Below are positions 1 through 12,858 of a DNA stretch of 64,000 nucleotides, piece after piece. The notes beneath the pieces are model-generated. The model saw nothing but the letters and a program-made list of their open reading frames with translations, did no database searches and had not been told where the DNA came from. The position numbers and the translations under genes were made by a program. This DNA is from Cyanophora paradoxa CCMP329 (lineage: Eukaryota; Plantae; Glaucophyta). The stretch is from assembly GCA_004431415.1 (NCBI GenBank), contig QPMI01000370.1, forward strand, positions 1 to 64,000. The letters are read 5' to 3'. Numbering within the stretch: the first letter of the stretch is position 1; every line of letters begins with the position of its first letter.

Positions 1-1304
1 CCGCCGCTTCGACCGCCTCGAGCTGAGCGTCAAGCTCCCGAAGAAGAAGAACGGCGCCGGGCGGGACTCGAACCTGCCTTCGGACGCCGCCGGCCTTTCA
101 GCGTCCGTGGAGGCCGCCCGGCGAGCCTCCGCGTGTACAGGACGGAAGCGAGCTCGGGCTGGATCTCCGTGACGGCCAGTGACGTCTTCGACGTGCCCGC
201 CCCCAGGCCTTTGGTGCGCGGCCCGGCGTTGTTGCCCTCTCCCGTGCCAGCCCGGCGCAGCGCTGAGCTCGAGCGCCGGCCTCCCCGCGCAGCGGGACTA
301 CAGCGCAGCGAGCCGGACTACGAGGAGCTGGCGACGGCGGCCCGGAGTACCAGCCTCGCTGGTACGGGCCTCCATCCGGCTCGGGGGCGGGGGCCGGGCC
401 GTTGACGTCGGCGCGGCGCGCGGCGGGTCTGCAGGAGGAGCTCGAGCGGCGCGGCCAGCGCCGCAAGGCTGCAGGTGCGCCCCGCGCGCTCCGCCGGCGG
501 CCGGCGGTCGCGGACGGGTGGGCGCGCCCCGACGCCCGTCCGCCCTGCAGGAGGAGAACGAGAGCGTCTACCGGCTCCTCGCAGAAGCGAGGGTGCGCGT
601 CCGCCCCCCTCCCCTCGTCCCCCCCCCCCCCCTCCCCCCACCCCCTCCACGAGTTCCTCCCCCTTCCCCCTTACCCCTCACCCCCCCCCCACTCCGCCCC
701 TCCCTCGTTCCGCTCCCCCCCCCCCCTTCTCCCTCTGCCCCTTTCTCCCTCCCCCTCCCCCCTTCCCTCTCGCCTTCCCAGCCCCCCCCCCCCCCCCCCC
801 CCAACCCGGCTCCCTCCCCTCCCTCCCCCCCACCCCTCTCTTCCCCCCCTTCCTCCCGCTGCCCCTACCCTCTCTACGTCCCCCACTCCGCCGCCGTGCT
901 AACGCCCCGCAGGCCACCTCGACGGAGGCGCCCCAGCCTCCAGCCTCCCCCGCCCGCAAGACGTGCGCGCGCATGCCTGCCCCAAGCGCGCCACACCGTT
1001 GAGTGTAACGACCGCCCTCGCGCCCCGCAGGTCTGCGCGGACGAGCTGCGCGCGGTGGCCGGCCTCGTGGGCGTCGACCCGGCGGCCGGCCCGCGGCCGT
1101 GCTCGCCGCGCCCGCGCCGCCCTCGAGGAGAAGGCCGCCGCCCGCGGCCCGGCCGCCGAGCAGCCAGGCCCCCGGTCCCTGGGACCGTCGCCCCTCGAGG
1201 AAGCGCGGGCGGGGGGCGCAGCCGGGGGGCCCCGCAAGCGGCCCCGGCCCACGGTGGCCGCGCCGAGGGACACGTCTTTCCCGCGGGCGCTGCTTCGCTC
1301 GTGA
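1..1304 (+). CDS. Partial (3') multi-exon gene, unknown product, possibly coiled-coil
   Basis: Coding-like segments (EELERRGQRRK, EENESVYRLLAEAR, VCADELRAVAGLVG) separated by intron-like gaps ending in GCAG; no family recognised; end coordinate approximate. Confidence 0.35.
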
Positions 1305-1805
1305 CCTGCGCGGCGGCTTCGGAGCCCTCGCGGCTTTCGCGCTCTTCTCGGCCCTCTCGTAGCCCGTTTCCCGTCGCCGTTCAACGGGGTCCGATTGCCG
1401 GTCCTCTTCTCACGTCTTGGCGGCGCCTAGTCGGAGACACAGAGCAGCCGGCAGACGGCAAACTAGGTCCAATATGTCCTCCTAGCTCTACCCTGTATCG
1501 GGGCTGTATTCCTGTACCCCTATCCAGCAGGCAGAAATGTAAATTTGTATCCTTGCCCTGTCCTGAACAGAGGCGTATTTTCGTTCAGTCGGAGGAGGGC
1601 CCAGCCCGTCTTAAAATCATGTGCATTTCCTGATTTCCGGCTGAGTCTGGTGATGTCACTAGGCCCCGAGGCAATGGCGAAGGCTGAGGATGGGTGCTAG
1701 TATCTTATAGCTGGTACTAGCGTGGTAGCTCGGTAGTTAGATGAGGAATATTGATTATGCCGCGACCTTGGCTGAGGGCCCCGAGGGGCGCTGCAGCTGT
1801 GCGCG

Positions 1806-4800
1806 CTAGGGAGCGGCGGCGGGGTCGTCGGCGCCGAAGAACTGGGGCAGCTGGGCGCGGCAGGTCCCCGGGATCGTCTCCAGGAACTGGCTCGCCCGGC
1901 TCGACTCTGCGCCCGCCCCGCCCGTCCCGAGCCGCGCCCCGTCGGCGACGCGGAGCGGGCGGAGCGGACGGGGCGGAGCGGAGCGGGCGGGGCGGACCGT
2001 CGCCGAGGCGGGCGATCATGCCCCGGAACATGCCGACGTAGAGGAAGAACAGGAAGAGCGTCTGCGCGGGGCCTCAGCGGGCGGGCAGGGGGCCGCTTGG
2101 CGGGGCCTCAGCGGGCGAGCCGGCGCACCCCAACCACAAAGAAGGCTGCCGGCCGGCGGGGCACGTGCGCCGGCGTCGGTCAGGCCGGAGAGCGCGACTC
2201 GTATAAATAAGATCTGGCCGGGGCTGGCGCGGGGCGCGGACCGGCCTGGACGGCGGCGACGAGGGCGGCGACGCGGTCCGCCTCCGCGAGGAAGAGGGCC
2301 CCCGCCCGCCCGAACCCGGCGTCCAGCGCCGGCCGGTACCCCTCCAGCCGCCGCAGGCCCTCCCCGGCCCCGCTCCGCCTGCCGCGGCGCTTAGACGCTT
2401 GCAATCAAGGCCTCGGCGCGCGGTAGGAATGAAGCGAGGGATTTAGATCCTCGCGGCAGCTAGTCGCTAGCTAGGCGTGCTTCCGTTCTAGAAGCGGCGC
2501 GTCCCCGGTCTCGAGCGCAGAAATGCGGCGGGAGGGCGGGCGGAGCGGGGCGGACTGGGCGATGAAGTCGCCGTCGTAGAAGGGCGCAGGCGGGTCGGCC
2601 CGCGCGGCCCGCCGCGGGGTCCCGCCTCCCGTCCGCTGCGCCCGTCGACCGCAATTAAAAGGGGCGGCGATCGAAGAAGAAAGTGGAAAGAAGGGCGGGC
2701 GCACGGGCGAAGGCGGCGTGGTCGTTGAGGACGGCGCGGGCCCCGAAGCGAAGAGGTGCGCGGCGAAGTCCAGCCCGCCGCCAGCGCCCCGCACACCTCG
2801 CCGCCGGCCCGTCGCAGGCAGCGGCGCCCGGCCGTAGTACAGCGCGTCGTGGTCGCGGGAGCGGCCGTCGGTGCCGGGGAGGCCGAGCGCCGCGTCGCCG
2901 GCGCGGAGGGCGCGGTGCAGGGCCGTGAAGTTTCCCCAGCAGCCCGTGCATCTCGTTTAGCAGGGCGCCCTGCGCGCCCCCGCCCGTCAGCCCGTCAGCC
3001 TTGGGGGGTGTTTCGGGGATCTAGGATCTAGGGTCGGGCTGGGGTAGCCCCGGAAGAAAGGCGGGCCTTGGGGGGCCTTGGTATCTAGGTCTGGCGGGCG
3101 AAGGCCCGGGGTCGGGCGGGCGGGGAAAGCGGGCCTTGGGGAGGGCCTTGGGAGGGCGCGGGTCGCTATAGGAGATCTAGGGATCTAGGGCGGGGCGGGG
3201 CGGGGCGGGGCGGGCCTTAGGGAGGACGGCGCCGTCGTCGACGTAGAGCTCGAGGGCCGTGCCACGAGGCGGCCCGCCTGGTGCCGCCGCACCCCGGCCC
3301 AGTGCCCCCCGCCACCGCCCCGCGCTCTGCGGCACGGAGGGGCCGCCTCAGGGCGCCGGGGCGGGGCGGGGCGGGGCGGGGAGGAGCGGGCGGGGGGCAA
3401 AAGGCGGGGGCGCGCCGCGTCGAGCTGGATCAGGCAGAAGGCGGCGTTCGCGATCGAGACGAGTCCACAACGAGGAACGCTGCGGGGCCCCCGCCCGCCG
3501 GGTCGGTCGGGCCCGGGCGGGGCGGGGCGGGGCGGGGCTTGATGTTTCGTTTCCTAAAACTTCGTCTAGTCTCCGAGGCTTCGGGCGGGGTGGGGATCGG
3601 GGCGGGGCGGGGGCACCGAGGGAGTAGCGGCGGGTGAGGGCGGCGAAGACTCCGTCCAGCGCGTTCTTCTCCACCGCCGCCTTCTCCCCGCTGCCGCCGG
3701 GCCCGGGCCCCGGTGCGGCGCCGGGTTCAGATCCCGGCGGGGCAGGTTTATGTTCTGGGGGGCCCGCGCACGCTTCCTCCCCCGCGCCCGCGCCCGCCGC
3801 GGCGGACGAGGCGGGCCCCTCCTCGTGGGCGGCGGCCCCGTCGGGGCAGGTGCCGCCGGGGCGCAGCACGGCCGCCTCCTCGTCCTCCGCCACCTCCCGC
3901 CATACCGCAGGGGCCGGGCCCGCCTCGGGCGCCGGCGCGCGCGCGGGGCGGCAAGCGCACCGTGCGGCGGCCGCGCCCCTCGCCCTCGCCCTCGCCCTCG
4001 TCCGAGCCGTCTGAAACCGCGCGCGCCGCCCGGCCCGCCCCGCAAAGATCTGCGCGCGCGCGGCGCTCGGGGCCGAGCGGCGCGGCGCGGCGCGGCGCGG
4101 CGCGGCCGGCGGGGCGCACGCCCGCGCAGGCGCTGCCGCAGGCCGCCGCGCGCCGCTCCCTCCGCCGCGCCGGGGGCAGCCGCGTAGGCGTTCGCCTGCT
4201 TCGGCGTGAGTGGCGACGGGGCGGGGTCGAGCTGCGAGGGGCGTGCCCTGGGGCCGAGGGAGGGCCGGCGGGGCCGGCGTGGGGCCGGCGGGGCCGAGGA
4301 GGGCGCCGAGGGCCGAGCCCCACGCGGCGGAGGCGGCAGTGGAGGCGGCGGTCCGGGGGCGGGCGAGTCGGAGCGGGCGGCGGCGGCGCCTTCGCGGAGG
4401 CGGGCGGGGCCGCCGCGGTGGCGGAGGATGGCGCCGGGGGCCCGCGGCGGGGCGAGGCGCCCCCTCCCCGCGCTCCGCCAGCACGATGACCGCCGCGTCT
4501 GGCCCCTTCTCCTGCGTCGCGGCCTCGACTTCAACGGCGCGGCGGGGCGGGGGTTGGGATACGGGTACGGACCGCCTCGCTGCGGAGGGAGGAGAGGAGG
4601 GAGGAGAGGGGGTCCTCCTCGCCCGCTCGACGCCGGCGCCGGTGCATCGGCCCCGGCGCGGCGGGTGGCGGCGGCGTCGCCTCGGGCCCGTCAGAGAGCG
4701 TCGCAAGCGGCGCCGGCGGCTTCTCGGCGAGGGCGCCCTCCCAATGGAACGAGAGGCTCCGCTGCGCGCGGCTCACGTAAGCTGGCGGCGCGCGCGCGGG

Positions 4801-7309
4801 CGGGCGGGGCATGGGAGCGGAGGGCGCACCAGCTGCTTGGTGGAGCCGCTCTTGCGGAGGGCCGACTTGGCTGGGCCCGGCGCCGGCCCCGGCGCCCTCG
4901 GCCGCGGCGCCGGCCGCTGCGGCCTCGGCGGCGCGCCGGGCGAAGGACGGGGAGCGGAAGGAAGGGCTCCGGAACGAGGCGGAGCGGAAGGAGGGCCCGC
5001 GCAGCGCGAGGGCGCCGGCGGCGCCGCGCGATGGCGCCGTGCGCCGCCTCGTCCAGCGCCGCCGCCTCCGCCGGCTCCGCCGCCGCCGCTCCGCGGCCGC
5101 CGCCGGAAGCTTAAGCTGCCCCCCGAGGCCGCCGCCACGGCCAGCGGGGCGGCAGCAACGGGGAGCCGCCGGGCTCGCCGTTTAGGGAGCGGTGCGTGCC
5201 GGGGGCGGCGGCGGTGGCCTCGGAGCGGCGGGAGCGGGCGGTGAGGTTGCCCCCCGCGGCGTCGCCCCCCGCGAGGAGCTGGGCCTGCTCGTCCTCCGAG
5301 TCCCCGGCGTCCCCCACCAGGTCCGCCTTCCCGTACGTCGCCGAGATGTGCCTGCGCCGAGGCAGAGGCGGCGCTCAGAGCGGGTGGGTGGGTGGGGAAG
5401 CGGGAGTTCGGAGGTGGAGTGCAGTACTACGGTAGATCCGCCAGATGCGCCTTAGTTGGGGGCGCGGGACGCGGGGCGGGGCGGGGCGGGGCGGGGCGGG
5501 GCGGGGCGGACGAGATGAGGTCCGGGGGGATGCGGGCGACGATCTCGGCGACGCCGCGCTGCGACATCCGCACGTTGCGGAAGGCGGAGCGGAAGATCCC
5601 GGCCCAGGATCACCAGCGCGATCAGCATCGTCCTGCGCGGCGCGCCGCGCTGGGGTCAGGAGGGGGCATCGCCGGCCCCGCGCGCTCGCCGCTGGCGGGC
5701 GGGCGCGGTTCCTTCTAGCATGGTTTTCGACCTTATAAATTCTATTGCGCATTTTGCTGGCGGCGGGCTCGGGGCGGACGAGCATGGCGCCGACGGCGGC
5801 GTCGTGGTCGGCCTTGCGCGCGACGGCCTCGGCGAGGTACAGCGCCCGCCCGCTCCACCGCCGCCACCACCGCCCCGCGCCCGTTGTTCTGCACGAACCG
5901 CCACTCCGCGTTGCCCCCGCCGGCTCCGCCAGCCGCTCCATCCCTGGCTTGACAGCTGCGCGCCCGGGCGCTCGCGGGGGTACGCGAAGAAAGAGGGGAG
6001 AAGAGCGCGGGCGGACGGCGAGGAATGCGTCCTGGTAGTGGTTGAAGGCGGCCCAGGGCGAGGCGTCCTTGTGGACCGCGAGGCCGCCAGAGGCCGAGGC
6101 CGAGGGGGAGGGGGAGGGGGCGGCCCCCGCGTGGGCGCCGCCCGGGGAGACGTGGAAGCGGAGGGGTACGTCCTCGTCGCGCCAGAAGGCCCAGAGCGCG
6201 GGGGCGGCCGCCGGGGGCACCGGCGGCTCCGCGAAGCCGAGGTAGAGCCCGCGGAGCCAGCGGGTGGACTCCTCCAGCAGCGGGGCCACCGCCGCCCGCG
6301 CCGCCTCCACTCCGGCCCCGTCCCCGAGCCACGACTGCCCCCAGCTTTCAGTTCGAGATCGGGCGGGGGCGCCGGGGCGCCGGGGCGCTGGGGCGCGCAC
6401 GCGGTGTTGAGGATGCGGGCGTAGTACATGAAGAGCTCGTAGGCCCGCGCCAGGTGCCTGCGCCGTGCGCGGCGCGGTCGGCCGCCGGCGGCGCGGCGGC
6501 GAATGAGTTTGGAGGCGGGCGCGGGCGCACTGGACGGCGTAGATCTGGTACGTGACCTGCTTCCCCTCCTGCGAAGGAGCAGCCGGCTCAGAATTGGAGG
6601 GGCGGGGGCTAGCGCTGGGCGGGGGGGGGGGGCGGACGGTGAAGCGGGAGGCGTAGACGGCGAAGGTGGCGCCGTAGAGGGCCGCCAGCAGGCAGAGGCG
6701 CCTACCAGCCCACCTGCAGGCTCCCGAGGCTCGCCGGCGCGGGCGGGCGTAGGGGCGGGGGAACGGGCGCGGAGGCGGGGGCGGGCGGTGCGCCTCTAGT
6801 CTAGCGGGAGGCGCGAGCCCGCAGCGGAAGCGGAGGCGGCGGGGCGGGGGGCGGACCTTGAGGCGGCGGAGGGCGCCGGCGTTGGAGGCGGTGCTCCGGA
6901 GCAGCGTGCTCGCCCCGCGCCGGTTGCGCCGCGAGCTCCCCGAGCTCCCCGACTTCTCCGAGCGGCCCCCGCCTGCGACCGCCCGCCCTGCGGCCCGCGC
7001 GTGCCGCGCCGCGTCGGGCCGCGGCGCGAAGCGGAAGGGCGAGGGCGAGGGCGGAGATAGATGCAGATCTAGATGAAATCGATAGATGTAGATCTAGAAA
7101 AGGCGCGAAGCGGAAGGGCGAGGCGGGAGCCGCACTGGGAGGCCGCTCGTCGCCGGCCTCGCCGGCGCGCTTCAGCTTCGTCTCCTCTGCCCGCCGCACA
7201 CTCGGCTAAGCAAAGCGAGGGGGGACGCCGGCTCAAGAGGGAGGGGCGCACGGTCCTCGATCTCGTCGGCGCGGGCCTGTCGATCCGTCAGATAGGGGGG
7301 GGGGGGGGG

Positions 7310-7379
<70 letters not shown>

Positions 7380-9250
7380 CGGGCAGGCGGCCGGGCAAGG
7401 CCGTTGCTTAGAGGCCGTTTGAAGTTAAGCTTAGAAGCATTTAGAAAGGCGCGCCGTTGCTTTAGAAGCGGAAGTATCAGAGCATATAGAAGCGGCGGGC
7501 GGGGCATCAGACAGGGCGGGCGGGGCGGGGCGGAGCGGGAGGGAGGGGCGGAGGGCCGGGGCGGGCAGGCCGTCGCTTAGAGGCCGTTCGGAGCTTAGAA
7601 GCCTTTAGGGCGGGGCGGGGCGGGCGGACGAAGTGGTAGGCGGCGCTCTCGACGTCGTTGACGACGTCGCGGAGGTACAGCCCGTAGCACCGCACCAGCA
7701 CTGCCGCCCGCACCCTCAGCGGGGGTGGTGCAGGGGCGGTGGCGCGGGGGCGGGGCATGGGGGCGGGCCTTGGAGGAGGGGAACTTGCGGAGCATGCGCT
7801 CGTACCCTCCTGCGCCTTGCGCTTCGCCGCGTGGATCGTCTGCCGGATCCGGCGGCGGCGGCGGCGGGTCGGAAATCTAGAAATTGGGGCCGGGGCGGGC
7901 GGAGAGGCGGCGCCGGTTCGGGCGCACGGCGACGCGCTTGTAGACGGTGGCGAGCGAGTCGCGCGAGAAGCGCGTCGACTTCGCCAGCTGCGCGGCCGCC
8001 CCCGGCCGTGAGGGGGCGCCGGCCGGGCCGAGGCGGCGGGGTAGGAATGAAGCGAGGGATTTAGATCCCTCGCGGGTGTGGCGGAGGCGCTAGGCGTTCT
8101 CCCGCGGCCGTGCGAGGGCGCCGGCGGGGCCGGGGCGGCGGGCCGGGGCGGCGGGGCCGGGGCGGCGGGGCCGGGCGGCGGGCCGCGTGCGCACGGAGGC
8201 CCAGAGGGTCTTGAGGGCGGAGAGGGCCTCGTTGTGCGCCGCCGTCGCCAGCTCTGCCCCCGGGGACCCACGGCCTCTCAGCCTGCCCCGGGGCGCGGGC
8301 GCGGAGCGGCGGGGCGGCGGGGCGCGGGCGGGGCGCAGGACGGGACGCACCGAACATGCGCCGGAACTCGTGCATGTTCACTGCGAACGGCTCGGTCGGG
8401 GCGGCGGGGCGGCGGGGCGGCGGGCCGCGCACCGCCGGAGCCCTGGCCGGAGGCGGCCTGCTCCCAGGCCTGCCGCCGCCGTATCGCTAGCACCTGCCGC
8501 CCCGCCCCGCCCCTCAGCGGTGGCTACAGAGCGCGGAGCATCCAAGCGTCGTGCGGGCGTGCCTTGAGGTCAAAGTCGGAGGCGTCCTTGGCCTTGCGGG
8601 CGGCGCGGCGGGCCTCGGCGATGGCGCCGGGGGCGTCCCGCAGAAGTGAAGAGGAAAGTCGCCCACGCCGCCGCCACGAAGGGCGAGTCGGCGAAGTTCG
8701 GGTGCCGCAGCCCAGCCGGAACACCAGCTCCGCGCACTGCGCGGCGCCGCGTTGTCAAGGGCGGGCGAACGTTCGTTCGCCTGGGCAGGGTACGAGTGAC
8801 CTCGGCGCCGCCGTCGGATGCGGAGAGGGTCTCGAGGGGCCGGCGGGCGGCGGCGTCGAGGCAGGCGTCGAACCAGAAGCCGCGGGAGGCGACCCAGGGC
8901 GAGTCGACGGCCCCCACCTCCGGCTCACGCAGGTCCTTCATCGTCCGCTGCCCCCCCGCCGCCGCGCCCCGCGCGCCCGCCCCCCGCATCTACGGAGAGC
9001 GGGTTTGTCGGGGCGATCGTGAGCGGAGAGGGGGCGGCCGGGGCGGGGCGCACGGAGAGGACGACGGCCCCGCCGGGGGTCTGTCCGCCGGGCGTCTGCG
9101 GGTCCGCCCCCGCCGCGGCGGCGGCGGCGGCCTCGAGGGCGGCGGCGGCCTCCGCGGCCTCCGCCTCGTCGCGGTGCGGAGTGCAACGCGCAGCACGCTC
9201 CGCGAGATCTGGCGCGGCTCGGCTCGCCGGGGCGGCGGGACAAGGGCGGG

Positions 9251-9283
<33 letters not shown>

Positions 9284-10658
9284 GGGGGGGGGAGGGGGGG
9301 GGCGCACGGCGGCGTAGGTACGGCGGCAGAGGAGGGCCCCGCCGGCGGCGGCGGCGGCGATGAGGAGCAGGCCGGCGGCGGAGGCGCCGAGGCGGCGGCG
9401 GAGCCGGGCTCGCCGGCGAGGGGGATCAGGCAGGAGAGGAGCGCGGCGGCGGCGACGGCGGCGAAGAGGCCGCAGCGCAGCTCGTTCATCGCCGCCCGCA
9501 GGTACGGCTGCATCGTCTGCGCCCGCCCCGGCTCGCGCCGTGCGGCGAGGCGGGGCGGGCGGGGCGGGGCGGACGGTGTGGAGGGCGAGCATGGCGAGGG
9601 CGACGAGGAGGACGGCGAGGCGGAGCGGCACGCCGCGCCCGTCCACCGCGAGCCGCAGCGCCGCCAGCGCCGTCTGCAGCAGCGCGTAGACGAAGGGAGG
9701 CGCCCGTGGCCGCCGCGCCCCAGTCCCGCGAGCCCGGTCGCACTCGAAGAAGAGCAGCGCCCCCGCGAGCGCCAGCGCCGCCGCCACGGGCGCCCCCGCC
9801 GCCCCAGCAGCCCGAACACCAGCGGCGAGGGGTACCCGCACGCCGCCCCGGAGGGCGCGCCCCTGCGGGGCCTCAGGGGAGGGGGGGAAGGGGAGGCGGT
9901 AGGGCAAGCGTGCCCGGAAGAGGCAGGCGAGGGCGTCGAGGAAGAGGCAGAGGACGGGAGGTAGACCCCGCCGAGAGGGCCGGCAGCAGCACCCTCAGCG
10001 CCTGCGGGCGGCGCGCCGGTTCAGCCTGCCGGCCGGGCCGGCGGGGCGGGGACGACGGGGCGGGGCGGGGCGGGCCTTGACGGGAAGAGGCGGGGCCGGT
10101 GGGCGGTGGCGAGGTACGCGACGGCGGCGGCGGCGGCGGCGGTGACGCCCGTCGCCGCCAGCGCGAGGTAGAAGGCGGGGGCGCGCCCGCGCCGCCCCCG
10201 CCCCGCGCCGCCCCCGCCACGTGGGCGCTCCCGTCCAGCCACCCCACCGCCGCTCGTCCCTGCGCGCGGGCGCGCTCGGCGGAGCGAAGCAAAGAGCCTA
10301 CAGCCGGCAGCCGGCCGCGGGGCGCACCAGCCGGGGAGGACCAGACCGAGCAGCTGCCGCGCGGGGCACCGGTCCGGTCAGGGCGCGCGGCGGCGGCAGC
10401 AGCGGGGCGGCCGGGCGGGCGGGCGGATGCCTGGATCGCGTCGAAGACGACGCAGGCGATGGGGAAGAGCACGCGGGCGACGCTGCCGCGCCGCCAGTCC
10501 GGCGCCGGTCGGTCCAGCGCCCCTGCGCTCCCGCAGGGCCGGGTCGACGTCCGGCGTGCGCGGCGCGCGGCCGCGCGGGGCGGACCCTGCAGAACGGCCG
10601 TCACGACGGTGACCACGCGGCCCTGCCGCTCCTTCTCCTGCTCCTCGTCGCGCGCCAT
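1806..10658 (-). CDS. TmcB/TmcC-like (tiny macrocysts) large multi-pass membrane protein, many exons
   Basis: N-terminal TM cluster (ARVLFPIACVVFDAIQ; MQPYLRAAMNELRCGLF); TmcB TPR-like helices (HEFRRMF..AHNEALSALKTLW; AQEGYERMLRKFPSS..VLVRCYGLYLRDVVND..ADEIE); central WRFVQNNG motif; C-terminal TM LFFLYVGMFRGMIARLGD spliced to ESSRASQFLETIP; TAG at 1808-1806. Start at MARDEEQ (10658) is inferred; several apparent indels. Confidence 0.7.
7294..7379 (+). repeat. Poly-G tract (~85 nt) within an intron
   Basis: Almost uninterrupted G run. Related tracts at 9252-9302 and 63245-63300 (G-rich), 600-880 and 44954-44986 (C-rich). Confidence 0.9.
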
Positions 10659-11388
10659 GTCCCGGATCCGCTCCGCGCTTCAGAGCGCGCTGACCACCTC
10701 GCCGCGGCGGCGCGCCTCGTCCGCTCAACAACACATTCCCCACTGAGCCCAGCGCTCGGCTGTCCAGCGGCGCGAGTGGGCCTGCTGGCCGCCGGGCGTT
10801 GGCTTGCTCCGAGTCCTTGCGGTGCCGGCCAAGCCAGAGACTCTGAGAGAGGCGAAGGCGCGAGTCGACGCAGTGCCGGCTAGATCGGCGAGTCAACCAG
10901 TGCCGGCCGGATGCGCGCTCGGGCGTCGCTGTGACGACGTCAACTTCTCAAGCGCCAGGACGCCCTGGCGCGCGCTCCGCGGCTCCGGCGACAGAAATAG
11001 TCACGGCGCTCCTGGATCACCTCCTTAGGTGCTGCTGCTGCGGCTCTGCGCGAAGCGCTGGTCTCAGCCCGGGGTACGTACGAACAAGAGTTCGTCGACG
11101 CTGATTGGATGGCCGGAGGAAGGCTTACGAGAGGGCCTTGGAGGGGCGCCGCCGCGCGCGCCCCGACCCGGCGCGGCGGCCGACTCTCTCCGAGTCTCTC
11201 GCCGCCGATCGAGGCCTTCCTATAATATGATCATGATAGCTAGCTCCCGGCGCGCGCAGCCTCCCGCCGCCGGCGCGCCGCTGGCCGCGGCCGCGGCGCT
11301 TCAAAAGCCTTCCCCTAAGGCATTGCTTCCTAATAAGTGGCTAGAATATTGATTCAGGGCTCTAGCTAGGAATCCTAGCGCTGCCCAG

Positions 11389-11472
11389 CGCTAGAGAATA
11401 GTAGAGATCTAGATAGAGGCCAGCGCTGGCCGCTAGAGAATAGTAGAGATCTAGATAGAGGGCAGCGCTGGC
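11389..11472. repeat. Tandem duplication, 2 x 42 bp
   Basis: cgctagagaatagtagagatctagatagagg(c/g)cagcgctggc repeated with period 42. Confidence 0.9.
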
Positions 11473-11505
11473 AGAGTCTGCGCTTGCAATTGATTGCTGC
11501 AGCTG

Positions 11506-11610
11506 CATATGCATATGCATCATGATCATACATGATGATCATGATCATGATCATCGGATCTGATCATGATCGGATCATGATCATGATCATCGGATCTGAT
11601 CATGATCATC
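11506..11610. repeat. Palindromic microsatellite of GATCAT/CATATG units
   Basis: (gcatat)n followed by (gatcat)n interspersed with cggatctgat. Confidence 0.9.
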
Positions 11611-12858
11611 CCTTATAGCTAGGCCTCCGGCCCGGCGGATCCACAAGCTTTAAGCCTCGAATATATAATTAAGGGCCTTCAAACTCGCCGAGTCGCCTTC
11701 CCACTGGCACCCCGGGCCCACGGCCGGCCGGGCCGTCTTGATCGAAGTTTACTCAAGATCATGATCATCGGATCACGAGAGATCACGACGATCGCGAGGA
11801 GCGCGGAAACGCCGTGACGCAGCAACTAAATAAATAACAAGCACGAGACCTACTAGGCTAGCTATAGGAGGATCAAAGAGATCTAGAGGTCAAAGACACC
11901 TAAGCATCAAAACACAGCTGCAGACCTCAGACCCTGAGAGCTGTCGCATGAAAACATGTGCACGTACAGAGCAAAACAAATTCGCGAATTCGAACTGCCT
12001 ACAATCGCGACCGCCTCTTCCACAGACCGCTAATAGTATATTTAAAAGTCAAGCTTTATATCAATTGAAACAAAAAAATTCTAGCATAGATCGATGTTCT
12101 GCAAGTTGCAAATGTCAACGACGGCATCATGATCATGCCGTCATAATTAATAAATAATCAGGCTCGATGATAAGAAACAAACTTGAAGCTCAGGCATTGA
12201 GCAGGTGGGCTGGAAATCGAGTCGACGTCAAACTACTACCAAGTTATATAAAACAAACTCATTGAAAAGGCTAAGAATCCTAAGAACTTCGGAAAGAGAG
12301 GACTGCGCATGTACATGTACATGTACATGCGGATGGAAGCTTGAGCTGTCAGCGCAGATGGAAGCTTAAGCGGTCAGCGCTTCTCCCGATCAGCTTCGCT
12401 CTTCGCTCTCCATTGCGAGAACGTCGCCCGCGATTGGACTCCGCCCGCTGGAGCCGGAAACGGGAATTCGAAGCGCCTGTTCTATCGGAGGGTGGAACAG
12501 GGGGCCCGGGCTCTCACTGGCCCCGGGGAGGCTGAAGGAGCGCTCCGGGCGGCGCCGGCCCCCTTCGCGCCCCGCGTTCGAGGCGTCGGCGCCGGAGCCA
12601 GCTGCAGGCCTCGGACCAAACTGCAGCCAACGTAAGCTCAAGCACGTAGAGGGCGCGCCGATAGCCGCACCTCGAGAACGACGGAGCCGTCAGGTCGGAA
12701 GGGCCCCGAGCTCGAGGCGGGGGCTGCCGGCAGCGACGGCAGCGTCCGCCCTCCGCGCAAAAAGCTACCCGGGCCGCGGCTGGGCAGGAAGCCGCTCGGC
12801 TGAGAAGAGCCGAAGGCGCTTGGGGGCGGCCCGTCGAGCTTGGGCTGCGCTCGAGGGG

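Noticed and set aside
55-100. tRNA-like fragment (gcgggactcgaacctgc, B-box-like on the minus strand)
   Set aside because: No cloverleaf or A-box could be built around it
179-10900. Long Pro/Arg/Gly-rich ORFs from the track (e.g. 179-1633, 3348-4706)
   Set aside because: Stop-poor GC-rich shadow frames that read through introns and low-complexity tracts
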